64,000 bases of DNA from contig OY730476.1 in the NCBI GenBank assembly GCA_963422735.1, forward strand, positions 448,001 through 512,000, written 5' to 3'. The notes under the pieces were generated by a model. That model did not search any database. It was given only the letters and a program-made list of their open reading frames with translations, and had not been told where the DNA came from. The DNA is from Candidatus Latescibacterota bacterium (GTDB lineage: Bacteria > Latescibacterota > UBA2968 > UBA8231). Made by a program: the position numbers and the translations under genes. Positions 10,701 to 19,382 of the stretch are shown here, piece by piece; the stretch's first letter is position 1, and each line of letters begins with the position of its first letter.

Positions 10701-12885
10701 GCGCGGCTTTGCCAAAGCCGATTTTACACCGCTCAATCTCCACTACAAGGAACAGGTGCTGCAAATCCATGTGATGGTGGAATTTGCGCAGCGGGGCCTC
10801 GAAGACATGGCCGACGCTCTGCATCTGGCGGTTGACTACTTCAGCCTAAAGCAGGAGGAGTTCCTTCGCCGATGGCTGCCGGATAGGGACAAGGAAATTG
10901 GGCGGGAGACTACCCCCGAATCGTGGCGAGCTATCGTCGAAAGCCTGAAGAATCCCATCCAGCAACGCATCGTCGCGGATGACCGGGAGCAGACGAACGT
11001 GCTGGTGCTGGCCGGTCCCGGCTCCGGCAAGACGCGAGTGCTAGTCCATCGCATTGCCTATTTGGTGCGCGTAAGGCGCGAAAATCCCCGCAGCATCTTA
11101 GCCTTGGCCTACAACCGGCACGCGGCGGTCGAGATTCGGCGTCGTCTCGGTGAACTGATCGGCGACGATGCCCGCGGGGTGACTGTGTTCACTTGTCACT
11201 CGCTAGCTATGCGGCTGGTCGGTATCAGCTTCCAAGAGCGAGAAAGGCGGCTACTTGACGAGGCTACATTCCGCGAGGTGTTGCGCCAGGCAGTGGCACT
11301 CCTGCGCGGTGAGGGGCTGGAGCCTGAGGAAGCGGACGATCAGCGGGAACGTCTCCTCGCGGGTTTCCGCTGGATCCTAGTGGACGAATACCAGGACATT
11401 GGCACCGATCAATACGAGTTGATAGCGGCCTTGGCCGGCCGGACCCTAAAGGATGAGGATCGCAAACTCACGCTCTTCGCAGTAGGCGACGACGATCAAA
11501 ACATCTACGCCTTCAATGGTGCTTCGGTGGAGTTCATCCGTCGTTTTGAGGAGGATTACGGGCCAAAGCCCATCTTCCTGACCGATAACTATCGTTCCTC
11601 CAGCCACATCATCGCAGTGGCCAATGCGTTGATCGGGCCAGCCCGGCAACGAATGAAGACCGGACATCCCATCCGCATAGATCGAGCGCGTGCGAAGAAT
11701 CCGCCGGGCGGTGACTGGTGTACGCTAGATTCGGTTGCTCAAGGCCGGGTGCAGGTTCTGTCGGCACAGCGCGATCCGATCGCGCAAGCGCGAGTTGCAA
11801 TGAACGAATTGCAACGCCTCGCCGCCCTTTTACCGAAATGGGACTGGTCCACATGCGCGGTGATCGCCCGCGAGTGGAAATATCTGGACCCGGTACGCGC
11901 GTTCTGCGAAGTCCACCGTATCCCAGTGCAGATGGGGAACGAAGAAATCCCAAGCTTCTGGCACCTGCGTGAGACTCGGACATTTGTTGAATGGCTGCGT
12001 GGACGAGATACCCGCTTGGTGGACAGTGAGGAGCTAAGCAATTGGGTGGATGTATGTCCCCCAAGTCCTTGGATTGAGTTACTGCGGCAAGCTTTAGACG
12101 AGTACGCCTTGGAAACCGACGGCGTGGAAGTGCCGGTGGACCACTTCATTGAGTGGCTGGCTGAGTGGGGGCGAGATATACGCCGTCGCCAGCGCGGGCT
12201 CTTGCTGTTGACCGCGCACCGTGCCAAGGGATTGGAGTTCGACCACGTGGCCGTGCTCGACGGAGGCTGGGACAAAGTCGATAAGGGCGAGGACCCGGAC
12301 GCGCCGCGCAGGATCTACTACGTAGCCATGACGCGTGCCCAGCAGACCCTTGCGCTCGTGCGTTTTCAAGGATCGCGCGCCGAGCGGCCGAATTTTGTAA
12401 GGGAGCCTGAACCCCCGGTGTACTCGGGACGCTTACACCCGCTGCCGCGTACCTTTCCGAACAATGGCTCAGTTTTGTACCGCACATCCGACGGCTTACA
12501 GCCGGAAATCTTGGAACTCTCGCGTCAATATCGGCGGCTCAGTCTGCGCGAGGTCAATCTGGGTTTCGCCGGGTTTCGCCACGCCAACCATCCAGTACAT
12601 CGTGCGATTGCCGCTTTGTCGCCCGGCGATCCGCTAGAAACGCGAATCGCCAAAGCTGGACCTTGGGAATTGCTGGATCGGTCGGGGACGGTGGTGGGGC
12701 GTCTTGCCCAAAGGTTTGGACCTCCACCGGGGATGCAGTGCAGGTCCGCCACCGTCTTTGCCGTCGTGGCTTGGAGCCGCGAAGTGTCGGAGCCGCCGTA
12801 CCGCGACCACGCAAAATGCGATGCTTGGGAGGTTGTGGTGCCAGAGCTGGTGTTTGAGCCGGAGCGCGAATATAGTGTCCAGTAG
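7630..12885 (+). CDS. Large multidomain helicase: DEDD-like exonuclease + RecQ-family SF2 helicase + UvrD/Rep SF1 helicase (start uncertain; ATG at 7666 possible)
   Basis: Exonuclease-like: LDLE, GHNLIAFD, VDTL, NDPELD. RecQ: PTGTGKSLCYQ, DEAHC, ATNAFGMGIDK, QEAGRAGRD. UvrD: AGPGSGKT, DEYQD, GDDDQNIY, NYRS, TAHRAKGLEF, YVAMTRA. Confidence 0.9.
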   Translation: MRQNAETDCAISMGTKIIPVEVKAGKAGTLKSFRFLSLDLEVSKQDRRIRAFAAVRPDVEQPLVFHGGDLVAALAELDEFAAGADFLLGHNLIAFDLPHLKAANPDLRLLKLPAVDTLGLNPLAFPRHPYHHLVKHYQDGQLKRGRLNDPELDARLALDVFYDQQTALRDAPLDLLEAWHWLTGTEPDGAGFAAVFAAIRCAPRPTDAAANAAIRERLVGLACQNRGQNVLKNAAQSGWPLAYALAWLSVSGGNSVMPPWVRHQFPEAGKLVRRLRDIPCGEAICDWCRERHDSRKELKRWFGFDDFRPEPLSTDGRPMQQVIVEAAMVGEHVLGILPTGTGKSLCYQIPALSRYDKTGTLTIVISPLVALMTDQVMGLRQQGIGCCVTINGLLSMPERAAVLEQVRLGDAGILIISPEQLRSTTIRRALDQREIGAWVLDEAHCLSKWGHDFRPDYRYVGRFIREKARQEPIPPVLCLTATAKPDVVADIRQYFQDELGAELKVFDGGASRTNLEFTVVPTTGGEKFWHIYQILMAHLPPDTTGGAIVYCATRQRTEEVAEFLQDKEISADYFHSKLPPETKKSVQQGFIRGELRVIAATNAFGMGIDKPDVRLVIHADIPSSLENYLQEAGRAGRDRQMAHCILLYVTDDAERQFNLSARSRLTRREIHGILRSLRNLDRKKRLAGKVVATTGEILSEDEEKVFERDSATDDTRMRTAIAWLEEAVLLTREENQVQVFPSSLRVDSVQEVRRRLAKASVTADYQRQLFRIAETLIDADPDKGISTDELMGVSGLSAEGVRGALYDLERLGVASNDTALTAFVHSGVERNSRKRFAEAMELEKALVAQMQEAAPDMAKGDTWPLHLRAAAQTLRDAGVADPRPERLRSILSSIARDGRGEAGGTGSLGMQQWGAETVQVTLLREWPVLEEIASLRREGAKLLLERLLACLPLGSQGTDLLAETTLGELLEAIRADLILNSRIRNHEKLLDRALLWLHEQEVIRLHKGLAVFRPAMTIKLAEGRRGFAKADFTPLNLHYKEQVLQIHVMVEFAQRGLEDMADALHLAVDYFSLKQEEFLRRWLPDRDKEIGRETTPESWRAIVESLKNPIQQRIVADDREQTNVLVLAGPGSGKTRVLVHRIAYLVRVRRENPRSILALAYNRHAAVEIRRRLGELIGDDARGVTVFTCHSLAMRLVGISFQERERRLLDEATFREVLRQAVALLRGEGLEPEEADDQRERLLAGFRWILVDEYQDIGTDQYELIAALAGRTLKDEDRKLTLFAVGDDDQNIYAFNGASVEFIRRFEEDYGPKPIFLTDNYRSSSHIIAVANALIGPARQRMKTGHPIRIDRARAKNPPGGDWCTLDSVAQGRVQVLSAQRDPIAQARVAMNELQRLAALLPKWDWSTCAVIAREWKYLDPVRAFCEVHRIPVQMGNEEIPSFWHLRETRTFVEWLRGRDTRLVDSEELSNWVDVCPPSPWIELLRQALDEYALETDGVEVPVDHFIEWLAEWGRDIRRRQRGLLLLTAHRAKGLEFDHVAVLDGGWDKVDKGEDPDAPRRIYYVAMTRAQQTLALVRFQGSRAERPNFVREPEPPVYSGRLHPLPRTFPNNGSVLYRTSDGLQPEILELSRQYRRLSLREVNLGFAGFRHANHPVHRAIAALSPGDPLETRIAKAGPWELLDRSGTVVGRLAQRFGPPPGMQCRSATVFAVVAWSREVSEPPYRDHAKCDAWEVVVPELVFEPEREYSVQ

Positions 12886-13017
12886 CTAGTAGCCTGTGGC
12901 CTGTCCCTACCCCAACCCCGCCATCGGGCGGTGCGGGGTAACAGTCCACAGTCCACAGTCCACAGTCCACAGTCCACAGTCCACAGTCCACAGTCCACAG
13001 TCCACAGTCCACAGTCC
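12883..13017. repeat. Heptamer element: degenerate TAGCCTG/TGGCCTG arm, GC hairpin, then (ACAGTCC)x11 at 12941-13017
   Basis: Eleven perfect copies read directly; ACCCCGC...GCGGGGT stem precedes them. Confidence 0.92.
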
Positions 13018-13164
13018 ACGGATTATCCGATGGCGACCAGCCCCTTGCTACTCAGATCGCGTCCAATCGCATCGCGCCGCGTGGTATTCGTCGGGCAAGT
13101 TGACAGCCTGCGCGGGAACGGTCTTATTTGCGCGCTCGAACCAACAGCCAAAGGAGTCTGAGAA

Positions 13165-13716
13165 ATGCCGGATGTTATCGTCGTCGGCGATGGGCCGGGC
13201 GGATTGAGCGCCGCGCTCTTCCTCGCCAAAAACGACATGAGCGTCACCGTCTTTGGCCAAGACAAGACCCTGATGCACAAGGCCATGCTATACAATTATT
13301 TGGGCATTCCCAAGATCGCCGGACCCGAGTTCCAGCAGATCGGCCGCGAGCAGGTGCGCGGCTTTGGCGGGGAAATTCAGGACGTCGAAGTCAGCCGCGT
13401 CGAAAAGGGCGAGGGGGGCTTTGTCGTCGAGACCGCCGATGACCAAAGCCATCAAGCCCAATACCTGATCTTGGCTACCGGGCCGAGCAACCCGCTGGCC
13501 GACCGCTTGGGTGTGGCCAAAGAAGCCGACGGGTTGGCAGCCGACCGCCATGGTCGCACCTCGGTCGAAGGGCTATACGTGATTGGCTGGAGCACTCGCC
13601 TGAAGAAAATCCAAGCCATTATCTCGGCCGGCGACGGGGCCTGCGCCGCGCTGGACATCCTCTCGGCCAAGGCCGGCGAGGACATCCACGACTTCGACCT
13701 GATCGAAGACGAGTAG
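13165..13716 (+). CDS. Short FAD-dependent oxidoreductase (thioredoxin-reductase-like, FAD domain only)
   Basis: VIVVGDGPGGLSAA, LILATG, TSVEGLYVIG, QAIISAGDG; no CxxC; AAGGAG SD. Confidence 0.8.
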   Translation: MPDVIVVGDGPGGLSAALFLAKNDMSVTVFGQDKTLMHKAMLYNYLGIPKIAGPEFQQIGREQVRGFGGEIQDVEVSRVEKGEGGFVVETADDQSHQAQYLILATGPSNPLADRLGVAKEADGLAADRHGRTSVEGLYVIGWSTRLKKIQAIISAGDGACAALDILSAKAGEDIHDFDLIEDE

Positions 13717-13725
13717 GCTAAAAAG

Positions 13726-13790
13726 TCAGTGGTTAGTGGTCAGTGGTCAGTCCCAACCCCCTCGACCCGGCGGTGGCGACTGGCCACTAA
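13726..13790. repeat. Inverted heptamer element (T(C/T)AGTGG x3 ... ACTGGCCACTAA) between convergent genes
   Basis: Arms are reverse complements of each other; located between the stops at 13716 and 13791. Confidence 0.75.
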
Positions 13791-14753
13791 TTAAAGCGAG
13801 AGGACGCGCCCTTCTATAGCGGATTGGGTCGCCGCGAGGGTCACGGCTAAGGTTTTGACCGCCTCTGAGTAAGGGCAGCGGATGTCGGTGGCATCGCCAG
13901 TTTGTACGGCTTGGAGAAAGGCGCGATCCTCAGCTTGCGTGGGGTTGTTGCCCAGTTCGACGACTTCCCGGCCGCTGGGGCGGTCGATGGTGAGCGCGCC
14001 AGATGCGATGCGCAGGACTTGGTTTTTCTGGTAGAGGTCCAAGCCCACGTGCCCGCCGGTGGCGAGCATACAGGCCGAGGTGATGCTGGCCACTGCGCCG
14101 CTTTGGAAGCGGAGATTGGTGACAGAGGCGTCGTGGACATCGTAGTTTGGGACATCTTCCATTAGGCCGGTGCGCGCCATGGCGTGGACGCTTGCCACTT
14201 CTCCGAGCAGGTAGCGGGCCAAGTCGAAGATATGCGTGGTTTGTTCGACGATCTGGCCGCCGCTTTCAGCCAACACCCGCCACCAAGGCACCCCGGGCAT
14301 GCCGCCGGTCCAAGCACCGAGGGCAAAACCCACCGGCTCGTCGCCGAGGTGTTCGATTGCTCTGGCGGCCGTATCCATGTAGCGCCAGTGATAGCCTACG
14401 GCGCTGATCAGGTTTTGGCGGCGGATGGCCGCTTCAACGGCGCGGGCTTGTTCCAAGGAAGTCGCTATGGGTTTTTCTACGAAAATGGGCAAGCCGCGCT
14501 CAATGGCCGCTAGCTCGGGCTGCGCGTGGGCAAAAGGCGGCAGGCAGATATAGACCGCGTCCAGTGCCTCGCTGTCGTACAGAGCCTTGTAGTGGCCGTA
14601 GGCCCTGCCGCCGTACTCGCCGGCCGCAGCGAGGGCCTTCTCCTCGACTACGTCGCAAAAGGCAACAAGCTTGGCCTCGTCGAGTTGGGCGAGGGTGCGT
14701 AGGTGGTGGTTGGCGATACCGCCCGTGCCGACAAAGCCAATTCTGACCGTCAT
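13791..14753 (-). CDS. Gfo/Idh/MocA-family oxidoreductase
   Basis: RIGFVGTGGIA, FVEKP, GGQIVEQTTHIFD motifs; AAGGAGG SD. Confidence 0.9.
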   Translation of the reverse strand: MTVRIGFVGTGGIANHHLRTLAQLDEAKLVAFCDVVEEKALAAAGEYGGRAYGHYKALYDSEALDAVYICLPPFAHAQPELAAIERGLPIFVEKPIATSLEQARAVEAAIRRQNLISAVGYHWRYMDTAARAIEHLGDEPVGFALGAWTGGMPGVPWWRVLAESGGQIVEQTTHIFDLARYLLGEVASVHAMARTGLMEDVPNYDVHDASVTNLRFQSGAVASITSACMLATGGHVGLDLYQKNQVLRIASGALTIDRPSGREVVELGNNPTQAEDRAFLQAVQTGDATDIRCPYSEAVKTLAVTLAATQSAIEGRVLSL

Positions 14754-14829
14754 AGCGACCTCCTTTTACCAGAAAAATTCAATGGTGGGCAAGGTGTTGC
14801 GCGGCACAGCCGCTGTCAAGCTGAGTACC

Positions 14830-16335
14830 ATGGACGGACAGGATAGACCGGGTGGACGAGGTTGGCTGACTCGCAAGATCGGCATCGTAGCCGCTGGGCG
14901 CGCGGCCAATACCCTCAGCATCATTGCAGTCAATGTGTTGGCCGCCCGCGCTTGGACCCCAGAAGAATGCGGGCTGTTCGGGGCCGTCTGGGTACTGGGC
15001 AATGCGTTGATCCCGGTGTTTTTGTTCGGGCTGCCCCAAAGCCTGCTCTACTTCTTTCCCCACCTCAAAGAACCCCGGCTGCTGGCTGGCCAAGTGTTGG
15101 GCTGCCTGTCGTTGTCTGGCGTGGGGTTGACCGGCTGCCTGCTCTTGTGGGGGCCGCTCTTGGCCGATGTGTTAGTGCAAGATATCGGCGATAGCGAGCA
15201 GGTCGCCGCGTACCTGTTGCCGTTTTTGCCCTATCTCTTTGCGGTGATCGCCGCCGGTGGGGCCGAAGCGGCCCTAGTGGCCGCCGACCGCGAGCACTAC
15301 TTGGCGTGGCTGCAACTGGTGACTAGCGGTGGCTTGCTTGCCGGCGCGTGGCTGGGCCTGAGCTGGGGCTGGACGCCCGCGCAGGTGCTGCTGCTGTTTT
15401 CCGGGGTGGGTGCGGCGCGTTTGCTGGCCGCGTGTGGGTTGGTGCGGCAGGCACTAGGGGGCGGAAGCTGGTGGCGTTGGGAAGGGCTTGGTGAATTGAT
15501 GCGCTATGCCCGGCCCGTTGGGCTGAACGATGCGATGGGGACGCTCTCGCGCTATGTGGACCGCTTTGTGGTCCTGCACTTTTTCGCGGCCGGCACCTTT
15601 GCCGAATACCATTTCGGGGCCATTGAGGTGCCGATCAGCCTTCTGCTATCGGCGGTGACAGCCGTGTTGATCCCGGAGGTCAGTCGGCTCTTTCAGGCCG
15701 GCCGGCTCGACGAGATACAGGTGCTGTGGCAGCGCGCGGTCTCGCGTTTGGCCCTGTTGGTGTTGCCGCTGTCGGCCTTCCTACTCGCTTTCGCCGGGCC
15801 GCTGATCGGCTGGCTGTTCCCGGAATACGACCACTCGGCTTGGGTTTTCCGCATCTATCTATTGGTGCTGCCGCTGCGCTGCGCCGCGTACAATCCGCTG
15901 CTGGTGGGCATGGGCAAGGCCCGCTGGGCGCTGTGGGGTAGCGTGGGGGATCTGTGCTGCAATATCGGCTTGAGCTTGGCACTCGTTGGATATTTGCAGG
16001 TGGCGCATCCTGAGTGGGCCTTCCTCGGCCCGGCTATGGCTACCACACTGGTGACGTATTTGCAGGTGGCCTTCTTTTTGGCGGCTATTGGCTGGCACTT
16101 GCGCTGTGGCTGGTATCGGCTCCTGCCTTGGGGCCGCTTACTGAGGATCGGCACGGGAGCCGGGGTGGCCGCGCCGATCAGCCGCTGGGTTAGCGCTGGC
16201 TTGGGCGGCGACTTTTTGCAGGTATTTGTAGGGGGGATGTGCTTTGTGGTGCTGATGGCCGTCGTGACTTGGGCCCACCCGCAAGACCGGGCGGAACTGA
16301 CGCACACTTGGCGGGCGTTGGCGCGGATGCGTTAG
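14830..16335 (+). CDS. Polysaccharide/oligosaccharide flippase (Wzx/MOP superfamily)
   Basis: Many hydrophobic helices; YVDRFVV..F and AVTAVLIPEVSRL patterns typical of the MOP family; start chosen at MDGQD. Confidence 0.75.
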   Translation: MDGQDRPGGRGWLTRKIGIVAAGRAANTLSIIAVNVLAARAWTPEECGLFGAVWVLGNALIPVFLFGLPQSLLYFFPHLKEPRLLAGQVLGCLSLSGVGLTGCLLLWGPLLADVLVQDIGDSEQVAAYLLPFLPYLFAVIAAGGAEAALVAADREHYLAWLQLVTSGGLLAGAWLGLSWGWTPAQVLLLFSGVGAARLLAACGLVRQALGGGSWWRWEGLGELMRYARPVGLNDAMGTLSRYVDRFVVLHFFAAGTFAEYHFGAIEVPISLLLSAVTAVLIPEVSRLFQAGRLDEIQVLWQRAVSRLALLVLPLSAFLLAFAGPLIGWLFPEYDHSAWVFRIYLLVLPLRCAAYNPLLVGMGKARWALWGSVGDLCCNIGLSLALVGYLQVAHPEWAFLGPAMATTLVTYLQVAFFLAAIGWHLRCGWYRLLPWGRLLRIGTGAGVAAPISRWVSAGLGGDFLQVFVGGMCFVVLMAVVTWAHPQDRAELTHTWRALARMR

Positions 16336-16461
16336 AAGCTATCTGGAAATTCCGGGTGCCCCCGACCGCTGTGCTTGCAGCCGTGCGCTTCACCGCGCCT
16401 GTCCTGCCTAAAGGCAGAGTGAAGCAGGCGGACAAGTCTCGAGGGGTTTACAGACAGCTTC
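16335..16461. mobile_element. 127-bp MITE with IS5-family (IS1031-type) terminal inverted repeats and TTA target-site duplication
   Basis: TTA|GAAGCTATCTGGAAA ... TTTACAGACAGCTTC|TTA; the TIRs match the IS end at 21430 (GAAGCTGTCTGAAAA). Confidence 0.85.
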
Positions 16462-16749
16462 TTAGTCGCTGAGGAGGGCGCTGGCGATTTCCTCCCATTC
16501 TTCGGGTAGCGACGCTTCGCTGTGGGGCTTGCTCGCCCGTCGGTACCAATAGCCGGCGTTGCTTTCGTCGCCCTCGACCCGGTGTAAGTAAGCGTGGACC
16601 CAAGCTCCGGTGGGGTCGGGTGCTTGCTGGGCTAGCTCGTGGGCTTTGTCCCATTGGCCCTTGCCCTCGTACCAGAGTGCTTGCAGGGCTTGGGAGGTCG
16701 CCGGTGGGGTCTGCTCTTGCAGGCTCAGTTTGAAGGTTTTAAGGTCCAT
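16462..16749 (-). CDS. Conserved hypothetical protein (95 aa, helical)
   Basis: WDKAHELAQ...AWVHAYLHRVEGDESNAGYWY, a recognisable conserved small-protein motif; GGAG SD. Confidence 0.8.
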   Translation of the reverse strand: MDLKTFKLSLQEQTPPATSQALQALWYEGKGQWDKAHELAQQAPDPTGAWVHAYLHRVEGDESNAGYWYRRASKPHSEASLPEEWEEIASALLSD

Positions 16750-16824
16750 AATGGCAGGCTCCAGTCGTCGTGTGTCCCCTTAATATAGGGCGTATCGGTG
16801 CGGTTATCCACCGGGGCGCATGCC

Positions 16825-16854
16825 TTGCCAAAAAAGCGCGGCACTCTCTATATT
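16825..16854 (+). promoter_or_regulatory. Putative sigma70 promoter of the hom operon
   Basis: TTGCCA-N18-TATATT about 45 bp upstream of the ATG. Confidence 0.45.
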
Positions 16855-16897
16855 TAGAGCTTTTAACTTGCTATGCAACAAGGAATTGGGCAAAGAC

Positions 16898-18190
16898 ATG
16901 CCAATAGGAGTGGGCTTGATCGGTTTGGGCACGGTCGGCAGCGGCGTGGTCGAGCTGTTGCAGGACGCGCCCGCGTCGCTGCGGCGGCGCAAGCACGTGG
17001 ATTTTGCATTGCGGCGCGTGGCCGTGCGCGACTTGGACAAGCCGCGCAGCCCCTCGCTTGTACCAGGGCTTTTGACCACAGACGCCGCCGCAGTCGTAGC
17101 CGACCCGGATGTGCAACTGGTGGTGGAACTGACCGGCGCGCCTCCGGCCTTTGAGTGGGTGAGTGAGGCTCTGCGGCAGGGCAAGGATGTAGTGACGGCC
17201 AACAAGGCCCTGCTCGCCGAGCGGGGTGAGGAGCTTTTTGAACTCGCGTTGGCCAATGGGGCGGATTTGATGTTTGAAGCCAGCGTCGCAGCCGGCATCC
17301 CCATCATCCGCTCGTTGCGCAACGGCTTGGTGGCCAATCGCGTCGAGTCCCTGTACGGCATCCTCAACGGCACCACCAATTACATGCTCACGCGCATGAG
17401 CCGCGGTGCGGGCGACTACGCCGTCGTCCTCAAGCAAGCCCAAGACCAAGGCTACGCCGAACCGGACCCGACCATGGACGTGAGCGGCATGGACGCGGCG
17501 CAAAAGTTGGCCATCCTCTGCCGCATTGCCTTTCACTGCACGGGCACGGGCCGCGACGTATTTTGCGAGGGCATTGAGCAGATCGAGAGTCGGGACATTG
17601 AATATGCCCGCGAGTTGGGGTATGCGATCAAGTTGTTGGCCATTGCCAAGCAGCAAGACGGGCGGGTTGAGGCCCGAGTGCATCCGGCCATGGTGCCGGA
17701 GAACGCGCTGTTGGCCAACATCCACGACGAATTCAACGCCATTCAGGTGCAGGGGTCTGCGGCGGGGCCGCAAGTGTTTTCCGGTCGCGGTGCCGGGCGG
17801 TTGCCCACAGCCAGCGCGGTGGTGGCGGATATGGTCGAACTAGTCGAGCGCAAGGCCGCCGGGGCCAGCACGTCCATCGGCGATATGATCTTGGGTGAGG
17901 ATGCCGTTGCGGTCGTGTCCATTGAGGATGTGCAGATGCGCTACTTCATGCGCGTCTTAGTCCGCGATCAGCCCGGAGTGCTCGCGGGGATCGCACGCAT
18001 CTTGGCCGAGGAGCGCATCAGCATTGCCTCGGTCATCCAAAAGGAGCGCGACTTTGAGGGTGGCTCAGTGCCGCTGGTCATCGTCACCCACGAGGCGCGC
18101 GAAGCCGCGATGCAGCGGGCGCAGCAGGCCGTGGCTGCACTCGATGCCGTGCAAGGGGCGGTCAAACTCATCCGCATGGAGGATCTCTAG
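16898..18190 (+). CDS. hom: Homoserine dehydrogenase with C-terminal ACT domain
   Basis: GLGTVGSG, VVTANK, FEASVAAGIP, GILNGTTNY, GYAEPDP, GRGAG..PTASAV; ACT domain DQPGVLA. Confidence 0.95.
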   Translation: MPIGVGLIGLGTVGSGVVELLQDAPASLRRRKHVDFALRRVAVRDLDKPRSPSLVPGLLTTDAAAVVADPDVQLVVELTGAPPAFEWVSEALRQGKDVVTANKALLAERGEELFELALANGADLMFEASVAAGIPIIRSLRNGLVANRVESLYGILNGTTNYMLTRMSRGAGDYAVVLKQAQDQGYAEPDPTMDVSGMDAAQKLAILCRIAFHCTGTGRDVFCEGIEQIESRDIEYARELGYAIKLLAIAKQQDGRVEARVHPAMVPENALLANIHDEFNAIQVQGSAAGPQVFSGRGAGRLPTASAVVADMVELVERKAAGASTSIGDMILGEDAVAVVSIEDVQMRYFMRVLVRDQPGVLAGIARILAEERISIASVIQKERDFEGGSVPLVIVTHEAREAAMQRAQQAVAALDAVQGAVKLIRMEDL

Positions 18191-18191
18191 C

Positions 18192-19382
18192 GTGCGCTAC
18201 GTCGTGTTGGTGCCCGATGGGGCGGCGGACTATCCGCTCGATGAACTGGGCGGGCAGACGCCGTTGGAAGCGGCTGCTACGCCCTGCATGGATCGCTTGG
18301 CCCGCGAAGGATCTGGAGGATTGGTGCAGATGATCCCGGCGCAGCGGCATCCGGGCAGCGACATCGGCAACCTCGAAATTTTCGGCTACGACAGCCGGGT
18401 ACACTATACTGGCCGCGCGCCGTTGGAAGCAGCGAGCATGGGCGTCGATTTGGGCGACGACGGGGTGGCCTTTCGCCTGAACCTGATCTACGGAGAGGGC
18501 GACGTACTGGTCGATTACAGTGCCGGCCACATCGCCAGCGAAGAGGCGGCCGAACTAGTAGATGCCTTGGCGGCCGAGCTGGGGGGACCGTCGTTGCACT
18601 TCTATCCCGGGGTGGGCTATCGCCACTTGTTGGTGTGGGAGCACGGCCCGGAAGAAGTGGTAACCTACCCGCCGCACGACATCATGGGCGAGTCTATGAC
18701 CGCGCATGGGCCTACGGGTGCAGGAGCCGAAAAAATCCGCGCCCTCATGGCTGCGGCGGTCCCCATTCTCGCGGCCTCTCCGGTCAATGCAGCCCGCTCC
18801 GCCCGTGGGGAGCGGCCGGCTAATGCAATATGGCTTTGGGGCTCCGGGCGCGGACTGCGGCTGATGTCCTTGGCATCGCGCTACGGGTTGCAGGGCGGCG
18901 TTATCTCGGCCGTTGACTTGGTGCGCGGCATCGGCAAGAGCGCGGGCTTGGAGGTCATCGATGTGCCCGGTATTACTGGGTACCTCGACACCAACTACGA
19001 GGGCAAGGCCGAATACGCGCTGGCGACCTTGCAGCGCGCTGATTTGGTCTATGTCCACGTCGAGGCCCCGGACGAAGCCGGGCACAACGGCGACCCACAG
19101 GCCAAGGTGCAGGCCATCGAGGATTTCGACGCCCGCATCGTTGGCCCGATCTTGGCGGGGCTAGAGTCGATGGGGCCGCACCGAGTGCTGCTCACCCCCG
19201 ATCACTGCACGCCCATTGTGCGGCGCACCCACAGCCGCGAGCCGGTACCCTTTGTGCTGTGGGGGACAGGGATTGCGGCCGACCCAATGCAAGCCTATGG
19301 AGAGCGGGCGGCTGAGCAGGGTGGTATGCAGGTAAAGCACGGACATGTATTGATGGATTATCTCACGAGGGAATATAGGTGA
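18192..19382 (+). CDS. apgM: Cofactor-independent phosphoglycerate mutase family (ApgM); proposed homoserine kinase type
   Basis: PDGAAD, TPLEAA, PGSD, GRAPLEAAS, HVEAPDEAGH, TPDH.TP...H; GTG start 1 nt after the hom stop. Confidence 0.88.
   Translation: MRYVVLVPDGAADYPLDELGGQTPLEAAATPCMDRLAREGSGGLVQMIPAQRHPGSDIGNLEIFGYDSRVHYTGRAPLEAASMGVDLGDDGVAFRLNLIYGEGDVLVDYSAGHIASEEAAELVDALAAELGGPSLHFYPGVGYRHLLVWEHGPEEVVTYPPHDIMGESMTAHGPTGAGAEKIRALMAAAVPILAASPVNAARSARGERPANAIWLWGSGRGLRLMSLASRYGLQGGVISAVDLVRGIGKSAGLEVIDVPGITGYLDTNYEGKAEYALATLQRADLVYVHVEAPDEAGHNGDPQAKVQAIEDFDARIVGPILAGLESMGPHRVLLTPDHCTPIVRRTHSREPVPFVLWGTGIAADPMQAYGERAAEQGGMQVKHGHVLMDYLTREYR

Noticed and set aside
12941-13017. Possible CRISPR array, or the ORFs 'MDCGLWTVDCGLW' / 'HSPQSTV'
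   Set aside because: It is a spacerless 7-bp tandem repeat; those ORFs are just translations of it.
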